A stretch of 64,000 nucleotides of DNA from a virus: the IMG/VR virus record IMGVR_UViG_3300042397_001844, positions 8,887 through 72,886 of that record. The stretch is one strand, 5' to 3'. Positions 1 through 10,345 of this stretch are shown here, piece by piece. The notes under the pieces were generated by a model that saw only the letters and a list, made by a program, of their open reading frames with translations, ran no database searches and had not been told where the DNA came from. A program made the position numbers and the translations under genes. Each line of letters starts with the position of its first letter. Within the stretch, counting starts at the first letter, position 1.

Positions 1-586
1 TAGTTGATGTTGATGTAGATGTAGTCGATGTAGTTGAAGTCGATGTTGTAGTTGTTGTATTTGTACAATTAACCGCAGTACTTTTTGTAGTCGATGCTCC
101 ACTACTATCTCTTAAAATTATAAACCAAGTTCCGTTAAATACACCAGTAAAACTATATGTACTAGCTCCACTCAATGCTATTGGTGTTGCCGATAATGCT
201 GAACCTGCGGAATTACCTATTGCTACACTCGTATATGTACCATTACCACCACTAAATCCATTGACAATTATTTTACCAGTACCATTAGTTCCACTACCCT
301 CACAAGAAGGAGTTAGTGTAAAATCAACAGGAGGTATTGTTGTTGATGTCGTTGTAGTTTCTCCAATCAAATAACATCCAGTACAATCATCATTACAATA
401 TCCAATTATAGATACCGTTGCTGCTGCGGATGCTGATACAGTATTGTTTTGTGCTTGGAAATCAATAGAAAGTAATCCATTGTGTAGGTATTGCGTAGGA
501 CCATAATAACCCTCACACTCAATCCAGTCCACTTTTGAAAATGAACCCGCTGGTACTGCAACTCTATAAAGATTTATATTAGCCAT
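1..586 (-). CDS. Partial (runs off window) virion surface/adhesin-like protein with SprB-like repeat and mucin-like Thr/Ser tracts
   Basis: Not in the ORF track. Hand translation from ATG at 586 is open to base 1: MANINLYRVAVPAG...ETTTTSTTIPPVDFTLTPSCEGSGTNGTGKIIVNGFSGGNGTY...YSFTGVFNGTWFIILRDSSG...NCTNTTTTTSTSTTSTTSTSTST. Confidence 0.75.
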   Translation of the reverse strand, partial: MANINLYRVAVPAGSFSKVDWIECEGYYGPTQYLHNGLLSIDFQAQNNTVSASAAATVSIIGYCNDDCTGCYLIGETTTTSTTIPPVDFTLTPSCEGSGTNGTGKIIVNGFSGGNGTYTSVAIGNSAGSALSATPIALSGASTYSFTGVFNGTWFIILRDSSGASTTKSTAVNCTNTTTTTSTSTTSTTSTSTST

Positions 587-633
587 TGATTAATTAAATA
601 GTGTCAATTACTAATAAGTATCTATCCTTTAAA

Positions 634-876
634 TTATGTGGTTACTAAAGAAGCTTGATATGCTGCTATCACTTCTTCTGTCCAAACTGCATTTGCGATA
701 GCTTGAACTTTTGGGTCTTCGTTTACAATATTATCACCAGGTGCTAATACATGTCTATGAAATGTTCTTGCAATTTCAGTACCATCTTTTTCAATGATAT
801 TTGCAGTACGAACTTGGATGTGATTTGATTGTACAAGTTCTACTAAGTCTACGATTTGTTTTTCTATTAATGCCAT
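634..876 (-). CDS. Small tail-fibre-associated protein (assembly/chaperone-like)
   Basis: 80 aa, QVRTA..IEKDGTEIARTFHRHVLAPG type, directly downstream of a DYEEGTxTP-type fibre gene. Confidence 0.6.
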   Translation of the reverse strand: MALIEKQIVDLVELVQSNHIQVRTANIIEKDGTEIARTFHRHVLAPGDNIVNEDPKVQAIANAVWTEEVIAAYQASLVTT

Positions 877-894
877 TTTATATTAATTTTATGT

Positions 895-3800
895 TTATAC
901 GAAATATGTTAGTGTAGCTCTTATCACATTTCTATTACCCGTTACATCTGCCATATCATCTGTCTTAACCGCAACCGGGTCAGTTCCAGCACCAGTTGCG
1001 CCAGAATCTCTATAAAGAAGAATTTCAGTTACGTTTGGTTGGATAACACCATATTTTGGCGGGTTTGTACTCCACCTAGAAGAATCTCCTATAACTAATG
1101 CGTTTGTAGCTTGAGCTGTAGAATTTGATGTAAATGGAAGTCCGCCTATTTTAAGGTTTTCAGAACCAACTACAGTAATATCTTCCGTCATTAAACAAAT
1201 TGTAACAGTTACCAAACGACCAACTTTAGTGTACCACCCAAATTGATTACCATAAGTAACAACAGTTAAATTCGTTCCAGTATATGTTGGTGTAAATGTT
1301 CCTTCTTCGTAATCATTTAATAATTCGGAACCTGTTGTACCACTACCATTTGATGTTGCCGAGAAGTCTATACCTTTACCAGATGTACCCATTACTAAGT
1401 TACCGGCTTTGATATTAACATCACCAGCAGCTGTCATAGATACTCTTGTAGTAGTTGATGGCAACGTTGCATTATCAGCTGATACTTGTACGTCCAATGT
1501 TCCCCAACCCTCATAGTTTGGAATCAATCTCCAGTTTCTAGCACCTCCGTTAGCCTGTGCTAATTGTGTAAAGTTTAGAGTTGGTGAATCACCATTTGAG
1601 ATGATTGAAATACCACTAGCTCCAACAGAATTAACCGCCAAAGAGCCACTTATACTTTGATTACCTTTAAATATAGAATCACCATTAGTTACTAAAGACC
1701 TTTGTACAATTAATTTACCTATATTAGCATCAGCAATTCCATCAACAAGAGAAACTTCTGAAATAGTTAATGTTATAGTTCCAGTTGTTGGGTATCCGGC
1801 AAAACCTATGTGAGTTGCGGATGCAGATGCTGTGAAGGTTACAGTATTATATACACCATTCGTTACTGATGGTAATGTTAATGTTTGAACTGTATTGGTT
1901 GCAAAGTTAGTACCATTTGATGTTATTATATTTCCTAATGTACCATTCGTTTCAACTGATTTAAAAAATAATGTATAGGTATTTCCACTTACTATCGTTG
2001 CTGGAAAATACCCATATCCTTGGTCTACTGCATCCACTCCAGTAAATGAAGTTGTAGTTCCAGTAAAACTACCATCAAATCCTCTATTACCACCACCAGT
2101 TCCATTAACAGCCGTTCCTAATTGTACGGATTTTAAGGTGCTACCAGTATTTGATATTGCTTTAATATCACCACTTATAGTTTGTGTACCATAAAATGTA
2201 TTTGCCGATGCCGTTTCAGCGAACTTATAATAGTTTGTTATTTGTTGTGAAGATGATACAATTGCTGCTCCTTTTAAAGATGCCGTATATGCTTCAATAC
2301 CACCTATCTCAGCTTTGATTGATGCGGTTTCAGCGTACAATTGATAAAGTTGTGCATCAGTTGCGTATGTTGAATCTAATGCCGCGGTAAACGCCATCAA
2401 ACCATTTGTTATTCCAATAAGAGAACCCGTAGTTAATTCAATAGAACGAGTTGCCTGATATAGTTGGAATAATTGTACATCAGTTGCGTATGTCGAATCT
2501 AATGCTGCCGTAAATGCCATCAATCCGTTTGTGATTCCTATTAGAGAACCAGTAGATGTATATAGATTAGAGTTTAATGCGAATACATCATAATTTTGAA
2601 CCTGCGTTGATGATGATACAATTGCTGCTGCTTTTAAAGATGCAGTATAAGATTCTATTCCAGCTACTTCCGCTTTTATAGAACCTGTACCATTATATAA
2701 GTTAGAGTTTAATGCGAATACATCGTAGTTCTGAATTTGTGTTGATGATGATACAATTGCTTGTCCTTTTAAAGATGCAGTATATGCTTCAATACCATCA
2801 ACTTCACCTCTTAAACCAGTATTCAAAGAAGTATTAGATGCCGTATATGCCATTAAACCATTTGTCACACCTATCATTGAACCACTATGTAATTCTAATG
2901 AACGAGTTGATTGATATAATTGATAAAGTTGTGCATCAGTTGCGTATGTATTATCTAAAGCCGCAGTGAATGCCATCAAACCATTAGTTATTCCTATTAA
3001 AGAACCAGTTACAGTTGAGAGTGTTAAGTTTCTACTATCTTGCGATGCGGTAAATTGTTGTAAAGATGCGGTAGCTACATGTAATGATTGTGTTGTCTGA
3101 TGTACTCTAGCTAATGTATCTCTTACCGATGATGTATATGTACTAATTCCAACAATATGAGAATCAACCGATGCCGTATAAATTGAGTTACCTAAGTTTA
3201 CTGCTAATTGAGATGAAGTAAATGCACTAATACCAACAATATGTGCATCAGTTGAAGATGTATATTGTGATATTGTAAAGTTTCTACTATCTTGTGATGC
3301 GGTAAATGCGTTTAAAGATGCCGTAGCTACATGTAATGATTGAGTAGTTTGATATACTCTAGCCAACTCACTATTAGTACCAGCTACGAATGCAGTAATT
3401 GTTGTTGAATTGGAACTACTAAATATAGTATTATAGCTTGAATTAGAACTACTGAATGTTGTATTGTAGCTTGAATTGGAACTACTTAATGCGGTTACAT
3501 ATGTTGCGTTTGAACTACTAAATATAGTATTATAGCTTGAATTTGAACTACTTAATGCGGTTACATATGCTGCGTTTGAACTACTGAATGTGGTATTGTA
3601 GCTTGAATTGGAACTACTAAATGTAGTGTTATATGTGGAATTTGATGAACTAAAGTTTGTAAATACCGTTGAGTTTGATGAACTATATAGTGTATAATCT
3701 TGTCCATTTATAAATACCGAACCAGTAAAATTAGATGAACCTGTAAATTGTTGTTTGTCTATAAGTTCATTACCAAAAATGTTACCGCCCTCCGAATATA

Positions 3801-4083
3801 TTATACTTGCGGTTTCATATGTAGCTACTAACTCATTTACTGTTAATTTTCCAGTAATAGTAACATTGTTATTAATAGTTTGAGGACCTGTAAATACGTT
3901 ACCAGCAGAACCCGTATGTGCGTTGTATGCATTTACAAATACGCTAAAATTTTCTACACTAATTTGGTTGGTAGTTCCTTGCAGTCCACCCCCAATAACG
4001 ATTGGTAATACACTCCCTCCTGCTACTTGTGAGCCGGATACCCTATTGACTAAAGGTAATTCTGATATCTTTTTGGTTGCCAT
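895..4083 (-). CDS. Long tail fibre / virion fibre protein, Ser/Thr-rich with internal repeats
   Basis: N-terminal KKISELP, internal coiled-coil-like repeats, C-terminal GIDFSAT...LLNDYEEGTFTP...YTKVGRLV motif typical of aquatic phage fibres. Confidence 0.75.
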   Translation of the reverse strand: MATKKISELPLVNRVSGSQVAGGSVLPIVIGGGLQGTTNQISVENFSVFVNAYNAHTGSAGNVFTGPQTINNNVTITGKLTVNELVATYETASIIYSEGGNIFGNELIDKQQFTGSSNFTGSVFINGQDYTLYSSSNSTVFTNFSSSNSTYNTTFSSSNSSYNTTFSSSNAAYVTALSSSNSSYNTIFSSSNATYVTALSSSNSSYNTTFSSSNSSYNTIFSSSNSTTITAFVAGTNSELARVYQTTQSLHVATASLNAFTASQDSRNFTISQYTSSTDAHIVGISAFTSSQLAVNLGNSIYTASVDSHIVGISTYTSSVRDTLARVHQTTQSLHVATASLQQFTASQDSRNLTLSTVTGSLIGITNGLMAFTAALDNTYATDAQLYQLYQSTRSLELHSGSMIGVTNGLMAYTASNTSLNTGLRGEVDGIEAYTASLKGQAIVSSSTQIQNYDVFALNSNLYNGTGSIKAEVAGIESYTASLKAAAIVSSSTQVQNYDVFALNSNLYTSTGSLIGITNGLMAFTAALDSTYATDVQLFQLYQATRSIELTTGSLIGITNGLMAFTAALDSTYATDAQLYQLYAETASIKAEIGGIEAYTASLKGAAIVSSSQQITNYYKFAETASANTFYGTQTISGDIKAISNTGSTLKSVQLGTAVNGTGGGNRGFDGSFTGTTTSFTGVDAVDQGYGYFPATIVSGNTYTLFFKSVETNGTLGNIITSNGTNFATNTVQTLTLPSVTNGVYNTVTFTASASATHIGFAGYPTTGTITLTISEVSLVDGIADANIGKLIVQRSLVTNGDSIFKGNQSISGSLAVNSVGASGISIISNGDSPTLNFTQLAQANGGARNWRLIPNYEGWGTLDVQVSADNATLPSTTTRVSMTAAGDVNIKAGNLVMGTSGKGIDFSATSNGSGTTGSELLNDYEEGTFTPTYTGTNLTVVTYGNQFGWYTKVGRLVTVTICLMTEDITVVGSENLKIGGLPFTSNSTAQATNALVIGDSSRWSTNPPKYGVIQPNVTEILLYRDSGATGAGTDPVAVKTDDMADVTGNRNVIRATLTYFV
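2170..3365 (-). repeat. Mosaic of longer intragenic repeats in the fibre gene
   Basis: TGSLIGITNGLMAFTAALDxTYATDxQL x3, ExYTASLKxxAIVSSSxQ x3, LARVxQTTQSLHVATASL x2. Confidence 0.85.
3388..3684 (-). repeat. Nine tandem 33-bp (11-aa) coding repeats, SSSN(S/A)xY(N/V)T(T/I/A)(F/L)
   Basis: Units such as SSSNSTYNTTF, SSSNSSYNTTF, SSSNAAYVTAL; 297 bp = 9 x 33. Confidence 0.9.
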
Positions 4084-4158
4084 TCTTAAATATATTTATA
4101 CACGTTGGTATTCAACTCCTATAAATATTGAAAAAATGAAATAAACTACTACTACAAG

Positions 4159-4689
4159 TTAGAAGTGTTTAACTTGTTGTATTTTTTGCTTAATATTTGG
4201 ATAATCTTTCAATCTCTTTCTAACTGCAGCTATATTCTTTTCTGAATCATCTACGAAGAAAACATCATCATACCCCTCTTTTACTCTATCCTCAATCCAA
4301 TCTGCTTTCTTTTCAGGATTATTATCACCCAATGCAATTACCTTCACACCACCTATCCCCAAATCCTTAATGAATTGAGATACGGGCCTTTCAGCTGCTC
4401 TAGCCGTTAAGATATAAACTTCTCTACTTCCACCACTATTAACCATTCTTCTCAATAATTCAACATATCCTTTTATAAGTTCGGGTCTTGTCACTTGCTG
4501 AAAATCTTTGAAATCGAATTCATCACCATCTCTAGCATCATACTTTGCGTATTGACCAGGCGATAGTTTTGATTTCATTCCGTTTCTATGTGTAACATAT
4601 ATGAATGAGTTTGTTTTAACTAACGTATCATCAAAATCAAAAATACGCAGTTTTTTACTTTCTACAAACAATGTTCTTGCTATTGGCAT
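4159..4689 (-). CDS. HAD-superfamily phosphatase-like protein
   Basis: Motif I IFDFDDTL, motif II ILTAR, Lys in PEKKA, motif IV FVDDSEKN. Confidence 0.75.
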   Translation of the reverse strand: MPIARTLFVESKKLRIFDFDDTLVKTNSFIYVTHRNGMKSKLSPGQYAKYDARDGDEFDFKDFQQVTRPELIKGYVELLRRMVNSGGSREVYILTARAAERPVSQFIKDLGIGGVKVIALGDNNPEKKADWIEDRVKEGYDDVFFVDDSEKNIAAVRKRLKDYPNIKQKIQQVKHF

Positions 4690-4690
4690 C

Positions 4691-5014
4691 CTATCCGTTT
4701 ATTTGTCTCTTAGTCTTTGGGAGTGCTTTTTCTAACTTATCGTTCTCTTTTGTAAGGAATTCAACTTTAACACCCAATGCTGCCACTTCTTTTGTAAGTT
4801 CTAACACCATAGTACGAAGTTCATCTTTCTCTTTTGAACTATTTTCTAATAAGGCTTCTAATTTAGAGATACGGTCTTTACAATCGTGTCTGATAAACTC
4901 ATCATCTCTTTCTTTATTTAGTGCTCTCTTTTCATAATATCTCCAAGCACCCGTTCCACCCAATACGGTGATAGCTGTGATTAATACTGAATACATATTT
5001 TCCATACTTAACAA
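4691..5014 (-). CDS. Membrane-anchored coiled-coil protein (holin-like possible)
   Basis: N-terminal TM segment (VLITAITVLGGTGAW) followed by a heptad-rich tail. Confidence 0.5.
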   Translation of the reverse strand: MLSMENMYSVLITAITVLGGTGAWRYYEKRALNKERDDEFIRHDCKDRISKLEALLENSSKEKDELRTMVLELTKEVAALGVKVEFLTKENDKLEKALPKTKRQING

Positions 5015-6045
5015 GTTTTACATTCTTTTATTGGTTCTTCTTCCGTTTGAGGTAACGCTGCAGCTACATGCTCCACTCCTTTATCATCAACGTATTCGTT
5101 TTTTGGTTTTTGTGTCATTCTAGCTGCTACCAATGAGATAACTGCAATTGTGAAAAATATAAAGAAAGCATACATTCCTAATTTACCATATATAGAACCT
5201 TCAGCTTGCCCAGCCCTTCCCAAATCTTGCATTACTTTCATTACTTCGGGTTCTGCTAATTTCTGAATTTCGGTGTAATACCATTTTGTGAATGATGAAT
5301 CTAAATATTGTATCCAACCACCCATAGATACCAATGCGGTAATAATACTCAACATAGTAGCACCAGTTCCTAATTTAACTGCAATCTTATTAATTGTAGC
5401 TTTAAGGTCCTCATCTAAATCGTTTTGTTGTAATAGTGCAGCTGTTGCTTTGTTCATAGCATCTTTACCATTGAAATCATCAGATGATGCTATGTTATCG
5501 ATGTTGAGATGTGATTTAGCTCTATCATATTTTATAGATGCCATCTTAATTGCCAAATTTCTAATCTTCTTTATAGAATCACCCAACCCTTCATTTAATG
5601 TAGATTCTTTTTTAATACTATAATCTTTCTTTATATTAGAAAGTGTTTGTAATGCGTTTTTTAATCTATCTTGAAATAATTTCTTTTGTTCCGATGATTT
5701 AGTTGCCGATAGTTTATCTCTTAATGCTTTAATTCTATTATTAAGGTTTTGTATTCTTTCTCCAGCCGGAACTGCTGCTTCTTTTACTGATTCCAATTTC
5801 AACTTAAAATGGTCCATTACATCCCAAATTTCATTATATCCCATATCACCCAAGTCATCCAATATTTGATTTCTATTTGCATTTGTTTTGCCAGACACAA
5901 ATATAGATACTGCCTTTTTAGTGCTATATGTACCTTTATCGTAGAATTTCATTATTTCCTTTACATGAATATCGTTTTTAGACATTTCATTCATAAAGTC
6001 TTCTCTTACTACTGAGCGGATTATTTCTTTAAGTTGCTTTTCCAT
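5008..6045 (-). CDS. Hypothetical protein with coiled coil and two TM-like segments; candidate internal head protein
   Basis: N-terminal LKEIIRSVVRE; hydrophobic segments ATMLSIITALVSMGGW and MYAFFIFFTIAVISLVAA. Confidence 0.5.
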   Translation of the reverse strand: MEKQLKEIIRSVVREDFMNEMSKNDIHVKEIMKFYDKGTYSTKKAVSIFVSGKTNANRNQILDDLGDMGYNEIWDVMDHFKLKLESVKEAAVPAGERIQNLNNRIKALRDKLSATKSSEQKKLFQDRLKNALQTLSNIKKDYSIKKESTLNEGLGDSIKKIRNLAIKMASIKYDRAKSHLNIDNIASSDDFNGKDAMNKATAALLQQNDLDEDLKATINKIAVKLGTGATMLSIITALVSMGGWIQYLDSSFTKWYYTEIQKLAEPEVMKVMQDLGRAGQAEGSIYGKLGMYAFFIFFTIAVISLVAARMTQKPKNEYVDDKGVEHVAAALPQTEEEPIKECKTC

Positions 6046-6081
6046 TTATATATGTACCAATTTAGATATAAATATAAAGTT

Positions 6082-6978
6082 TTAAGGATTAGATTGTTTT
6101 TTAATCAATTCTTTGGCAAATTTGGTAACTTCTTCTTGTCCTAATGAATTAGCTTTATCATAAAACTCTTTTTTTCTATCAATCGGTTTAATTTTACCAT
6201 CAAACGATGGGGTTCTATTTAAGTAATCTTCGGTAATATACACACCATCCATAACAAATTGCTTAATATCATAACCAATTTTTTTAGCTAATGTGGCTGC
6301 TGACATTCCATATGTATCTTCCGGCCCATATCCTCCAAATGATTCTGGGATTCCTACAAGTTCCCAAAATGATTTAGAATATAATGTATGCATACCACAC
6401 CCAAATTTAATAGTACGAACTTCTCTAGCATTAATTGCACCAATGGTTTGAGTATATGTACCTTCCATAACTTCTTTAGTATCTATTGCATAACCATATG
6501 GTTTATCAAAATAATCAGAGTGACATAATTCATCCCAACTACTATCCCACCACTTTGCCAAAGATGGAGAAAGTATATAAGTACCATCTAATTGATATGA
6601 TATATTTAATTGATGTTTTAACATATGTTCATGAAACAAAATATCAGTATCACAAAATATGAATTGGTCATAATCCAATTTATAACTTTCTCTCTTTTGT
6701 TGAGTAGTTCCCCAACAAGATGTATCCAATATTACTTCATTAATATTTTTTACACCATTAAATAATATTGCAAAACGAGATATAAAATGTCCGTTTTTCA
6801 ATTCACTGTTTTCCCAATCGGTCAATTCTGGGTTTAGATTTAATGTTACTTTTAAGGTTACATCATCATTATCATCCAAATACATTAATGCTCTTTTCAT
6901 TTGATGCATTAATCTTTCAAACATTTCAATCTCCGATGGCATAACGTGTATGCAAATAAGTGTTTTTTTCTTAGCCAT
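6082..6978 (-). CDS. GT-A fold glycosyltransferase-like protein
   Basis: FIFCDTD (DxD) and FGGYGPED motifs. Confidence 0.65.
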   Translation of the reverse strand: MAKKKTLICIHVMPSEIEMFERLMHQMKRALMYLDDNDDVTLKVTLNLNPELTDWENSELKNGHFISRFAILFNGVKNINEVILDTSCWGTTQQKRESYKLDYDQFIFCDTDILFHEHMLKHQLNISYQLDGTYILSPSLAKWWDSSWDELCHSDYFDKPYGYAIDTKEVMEGTYTQTIGAINAREVRTIKFGCGMHTLYSKSFWELVGIPESFGGYGPEDTYGMSAATLAKKIGYDIKQFVMDGVYITEDYLNRTPSFDGKIKPIDRKKEFYDKANSLGQEEVTKFAKELIKKQSNP

Positions 6979-8210
6979 TAAAATACATTTTTAAAGAATG
7001 GTATAACCATATCTTTTGTTCTTAAATTAAATATGTGTAGTTGGAATATATCCCATTCAAAGCTACCAACAGAATCGGTTTGCTGAATTATGAATGGTAT
7101 ATTCTTTATGAATGATGTAAAGTTTTCGTTTGTCAGCTTAGAACCATCAAACATTATTTGCACATCACCTTTCATCTCATCGCCAATTTCATGTATCTTA
7201 TCGGATAAATCAAACATAGTTTCTTTTTGTTCGTTATCTACATAACTTTGATATTCACAATCAACATACAATCTATCACACCAAGATTCTAATACGCCCA
7301 ATAGTTGCGGATGGCAATTATGAACCACAAATGTAGTATCATATCTATTAGGTACAATTGGCATCATTAATTCATCATGCAATACATCAGTATGCCATTT
7401 TCTCCACCACTCTTTAAATTTGTTTTGTCTTAATTCCAAATATTCTTTTGAATCTTTAGGTTTATACCAAATAGTTCCATCCGGTAATGGTATCTCTCTT
7501 TCAATTTCAATACCATCTTTGAATCTGCTACCTCTACAAGTCATATGATATACAAATGCATCTCTACTTTGAATTAATTTATAATCACATAAATGGAATC
7601 TATTGAATATATCAGAATCTTCCAACTCCATAGGTGCGAACAATTTATCGTGGCCTCCCATAGTTCTGAAATCTTCTTTGTATAACATCCAAGGTGCGAA
7701 AATACCATTTGTATTAGTATCTTTATTTTCGGCTTGCTTAACTTCTACAAACTTTTCAAACTCATCAAATTGTAATTGGAATTCTTCAGGCTCCATACCA
7801 AAGTTCTTTACATACTTTTCAGGACCAGGCGGATGTAATGGTGGTTCGATACGAGTAGCACTTACTACCGATAATGGAGTTAAGTTCTTTAACATATTTG
7901 AAACGTAATCTTTTGTAACAACCATATCCGAATGTAGAATTGTTACAATTGGAGTTTCTGCTAAACTAATACCAATATCATATAGTACAGTATGACCTAC
8001 TCTATCAGGTCCTTCGTTTCTGTATGTTTTTATATGTGGTTTGTTTAACGAGCTAATCCACTGCCAAGTTCCATCGTTTGAAGCATCATCTAATATTACA
8101 ATTTGATGATAATTGCTATAATAGTTTTCGATACTATTAACGGCTTGTTGTAGATATTTTAAATTATTTCTACAAGGTATAATAAAAGTAACCGATTGGT
8201 AATGTGCCAT
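6978..8210 (-). CDS. Glycosyltransferase family 2
   Basis: FIIPCRN, ILDDASNDGT, HSDM, LEDSD motifs. Confidence 0.85.
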   Translation of the reverse strand: MAHYQSVTFIIPCRNNLKYLQQAVNSIENYYSNYHQIVILDDASNDGTWQWISSLNKPHIKTYRNEGPDRVGHTVLYDIGISLAETPIVTILHSDMVVTKDYVSNMLKNLTPLSVVSATRIEPPLHPPGPEKYVKNFGMEPEEFQLQFDEFEKFVEVKQAENKDTNTNGIFAPWMLYKEDFRTMGGHDKLFAPMELEDSDIFNRFHLCDYKLIQSRDAFVYHMTCRGSRFKDGIEIEREIPLPDGTIWYKPKDSKEYLELRQNKFKEWWRKWHTDVLHDELMMPIVPNRYDTTFVVHNCHPQLLGVLESWCDRLYVDCEYQSYVDNEQKETMFDLSDKIHEIGDEMKGDVQIMFDGSKLTNENFTSFIKNIPFIIQQTDSVGSFEWDIFQLHIFNLRTKDMVIPFFKNVF

Positions 8211-9574
8211 TATTTTTTATTTTCTAAGTAATATTTTAAATCCTCGGGTGTACCTAATCCCCACATCTTATCAATATTGAATGTTTTTATTTTCTTACAA
8301 TCCGCAATTGCTTCATTAAAAGTTGGACAAGTATAAAATTCACCATTAGTTCTGATGTTCTTACTAATCATTTGTTCTGCATACTTTACATAATCAGAAC
8401 CTTTAGCCCAATAGTAAACACCAACCGTTGCTATGTCTGAAATTGGATTCTTTTCTGCTACTTCTGTCACATACCCATACTCATCCACTTTAGCGAATGA
8501 CCATTTAGGATGCGTTGCTGTAAATGTAAGAATACCACCATCCACTTTTTGTTCAATCATCTTATACATAAACTCATTTGAATCCCACTCCACAAATTGG
8601 TCAGAGTTTGCCATAACCAATGGAGAATCGTTATCAATATATTCTTTTGCTAATAGAGTTGTACACGCAGCTCCTTCAGTCAAACCATCAACTTCCACAA
8701 TTTTACAATTGGGAGTTATTAGATTTAATAAAGTATCTAAATTGTACTTCTCTCTATGTTCCTTTTGTACAACATAAATGTATGTAGCTTCTATGTTTAA
8801 GTTATCCACTACAACCTGAATCATTGGTTTTCCTTCCACATCGATTAGTGGTTTAGGGAATGTATATCCGGCAGCTTGAAATCTACTTCCTGCTCCAGCC
8901 ATTGGGATAAGTACATTCATCTTACCACCTTGCCACTTTGGTATGCTCATAACTTTTTTAGTTTCCTCTAATTTACGAATAATTTTTGATATTACCAAAT
9001 CTTTTGGGTTATCTACTCTCAAAACATTTGCTCTACTTCTACTTGCTGCCAATAAACCATGCGGAGAATCCTCCACAATAAGAGTTTCTTCCGGCAACAC
9101 ACTCATCATACTCATAGCCTTCCAATACATTTCAGGATGCGGTTTAGAGTTCTTTACGTCCTCATTAGAGATGATTAAATCCATATACTCAATTATACCT
9201 ATCTTAGCTAACATAACCAAGACAGACCTTCTAATTGAGTTTGAAGCACATGCTAACTTATATCCTCTATCTCTCAACTCTTTGAATAACTCAATCTTTT
9301 GTAAATCAGGTTGTAATTGTGAAATAGCTTCAATAGTTAGATGTTGCTTTCTATACCAAATATCATCATAGAATTCCGGATGTAATCCTTTGTTTTTACT
9401 AAGCATTTCAAGCTTTTGAGTTGTCTTTAATCCATCATATATAGATAGATGCTCCGATTCGGTAATTACATACTTCTCATCGATTTCTCTTAGAGCTTGA
9501 TTTAGGGTATCGTAGTGTATTTGCTTAGCCTCTACCAATACACCATCCAAGTCAAAGATTATTAATTTTGTCAT
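8210..9574 (-). CDS. Fusion of HAD phosphatase and sugar-1-phosphate nucleotidyltransferase-like domain
   Basis: N-terminal FDLDGVL...KPHP...VEDS; C-terminal IPMAGAGSRF..FPKPLI, EK, GTPEDL. Confidence 0.85.
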   Translation of the reverse strand: MTKLIIFDLDGVLVEAKQIHYDTLNQALREIDEKYVITESEHLSIYDGLKTTQKLEMLSKNKGLHPEFYDDIWYRKQHLTIEAISQLQPDLQKIELFKELRDRGYKLACASNSIRRSVLVMLAKIGIIEYMDLIISNEDVKNSKPHPEMYWKAMSMMSVLPEETLIVEDSPHGLLAASRSRANVLRVDNPKDLVISKIIRKLEETKKVMSIPKWQGGKMNVLIPMAGAGSRFQAAGYTFPKPLIDVEGKPMIQVVVDNLNIEATYIYVVQKEHREKYNLDTLLNLITPNCKIVEVDGLTEGAACTTLLAKEYIDNDSPLVMANSDQFVEWDSNEFMYKMIEQKVDGGILTFTATHPKWSFAKVDEYGYVTEVAEKNPISDIATVGVYYWAKGSDYVKYAEQMISKNIRTNGEFYTCPTFNEAIADCKKIKTFNIDKMWGLGTPEDLKYYLENKK

Positions 9575-10329
9575 TAATAGATTTTAATATGTTTACCAAC
9601 CTTTGTTACTCCTTTATGCTGAACTGCTATTGTAGCACATTCGTTAGCATAAATGATAGATTTATCAATATCATTACTTCTACAATATTCTATTGTTAGT
9701 GCTGATATGAATGAATCACCTGCTCCGCTATTATCTCTAACCTCTACCTCATCAACATTGAACTCCTTCTCCATATACTTACATCCCTTACCACTCATAG
9801 TTACAATTAATTTATCGTAGAATTCTTTGAAGTATTGTCCAGCTGCTATATTGTTTTCATACTCATGTTCATTTATTTTAATGAACTTAGCACCTAACAT
9901 TTTTTCATTCACAATCTTTTTAGTATCAATGAATACCGTATCATGCTTTGAACAAATGTATTCAATATCATCGTATTCCAAAAAACCTTTGTTGTAATCT
10001 GATATAATAACTGCACAATAATTTTGATATGGTATATGTTCCAATCCTTGTACTCTTTGTGATTTATTTGCATCAGAATCAACTCTGATAATTTGATGAT
10101 TTGTTTTTTCTTCAACATATCGTGTCTTTGTGATAGGTTCTGAATTTGTTATCAAATCAACTTCAACATTTAATGATTCTATATTCTCATATACATTAGC
10201 TGCCATTCCGCCTGTTTCAGTTTTTCTTTTAGGAATGAATACAGGCACAGGAGCTTCAGGACACAGCCTATTGGCTGTGCCATAAATGAATACATCTTTA
10301 CAACTATCTCCTATAACTAATATTTTCAT
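9574..10329 (-). CDS. PfkB-family sugar kinase, RfaE/HldE kinase-domain-like
   Basis: RLCPEAPVP, GGMAANV, SDYNKG, DNSGAGDSF. Confidence 0.85.
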   Translation of the reverse strand: MKILVIGDSCKDVFIYGTANRLCPEAPVPVFIPKRKTETGGMAANVYENIESLNVEVDLITNSEPITKTRYVEEKTNHQIIRVDSDANKSQRVQGLEHIPYQNYCAVIISDYNKGFLEYDDIEYICSKHDTVFIDTKKIVNEKMLGAKFIKINEHEYENNIAAGQYFKEFYDKLIVTMSGKGCKYMEKEFNVDEVEVRDNSGAGDSFISALTIEYCRSNDIDKSIIYANECATIAVQHKGVTKVGKHIKIY

Positions 10330-10345
10330 AACTTTTGTTTTAATA

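Noticed and set aside
3388-3684. 33-bp periodic repeats as a possible CRISPR array
   Set aside because: The units are contiguous, have no unique spacers, vary at synonymous positions and are in frame within the fibre gene.
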